Assembly (NCBI RefSeq): GCF_004376175.1
Contig: NZ_SNUY01000081.1
Coordinates: 1 to 14,808 of the forward strand
DNA length: 14,808 bases
Source: Halalkalibacterium halodurans
GTDB lineage: Bacteria; Bacillota; Bacilli; Bacillales; Bacillaceae_D
Direction: 5' to 3'
The notes below the pieces were generated by a model. That model was not told where the DNA came from, made no database searches, and saw nothing but the letters and a program-made list of their open reading frames with translations. Positions 14,768-14,808 of the stretch are shown here, piece after piece. Each line of letters opens with the position of its first letter. The stretch's first letter is position 1. Both the position numbers and the translations under genes were made by a program.

Positions 14768-14808
14768 ATGAAAAAAGAATCCATTTCTGATATGGTTAAA
14801 GCAACTAC
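14768..14808 (+). CDS. Possible start of a divergently transcribed gene (MKKESISDMVKAT...), truncated by the window edge
   Basis: This is the only + frame still open at the right edge, starting at the ATG at 14768. There is no convincing SD and only 13 codons are visible. A minus-strand frame entering from the edge and stopping at 14731 is an alternative reading. Confidence 0.2.
   Translation, partial: MKKESISDMVKAT

Noticed and set aside
14731-14808. A minus-strand frame open from the right window edge to a TGA at 14731 (..VVALTISEMDSFFIYLMHGPFSSIP*).
   Set aside because: Nothing supports a gene ending here. There is no terminator between it and the iolA promoter, and the surrounding DNA looks like promoter and operator sequence. 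The evidence is too thin either way, so it is kept only as an alternative to the + strand start at 14768.
1-14808. A search for CRISPR arrays, tRNA or rRNA genes, toxin-antitoxin pairs and phage-defence-like gene sets.
   Set aside because: I saw no regularly spaced direct repeats, no cloverleaf-like segments and no rRNA signatures. Every large ORF has a plausible housekeeping, sporulation or catabolic assignment.

Overview
The window looks like a chromosomal segment from a spore-forming Bacillaceae (Firmicutes) genome: roughly 40-45% GC, GGAGG-type ribosome binding sites and many hairpin-plus-T-tract terminators. I found no tRNA, rRNA or CRISPR array. From left to right it contains the following.

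- **1-386 (-):** the N-terminal part of an IS-type zinc-ribbon transposase-like ORF, cut by the window edge.
- **550-877 (+):** two very short spore genes absent from the supplied ORF track, sspO and sspP, followed by a bidirectional terminator.
- **919-1407 (-):** a hotdog-fold acyl-CoA thioesterase.
- **1649-6472:** a mother-cell-type spore coat and surface glycosylation module.
  - a GalU/YtdA-like UTP-glucose-1-P uridylyltransferase;
  - a strongly SD-preceded 61-aa ORF coupled to a YtcB-like NAD-dependent sugar epimerase;
  - a translationally coupled CotS-like kinase and CotSA-like GT4 glycosyltransferase, the latter carrying an unusual 122-aa acidic EKE-repeat tail.
- **6910-10125 (-):** a ureide-type operon. 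It holds an allantoinase split by a single frameshift, an intact YfcC-family transporter and a small 2-TM protein.
- **10619-14248 (-):** a three-gene iolA / MFS transporter / iolH-like operon. It has a good sigma-A promoter and a perfect cre palindrome in its leader.
- **14249-14808:** an AT-rich divergent control region with two more cre-like boxes.

I see no clearly novel defence or mobile system. The points most worth a second look are:

1. the extended CotSA tail;
2. the coupled 61-aa ORF;
3. the broken allantoinase;
4. the reduced iol-like operon with its repeated TGAAATCG operators.

All family assignments come from reading the translations and from remembered family motifs. No database search was run.
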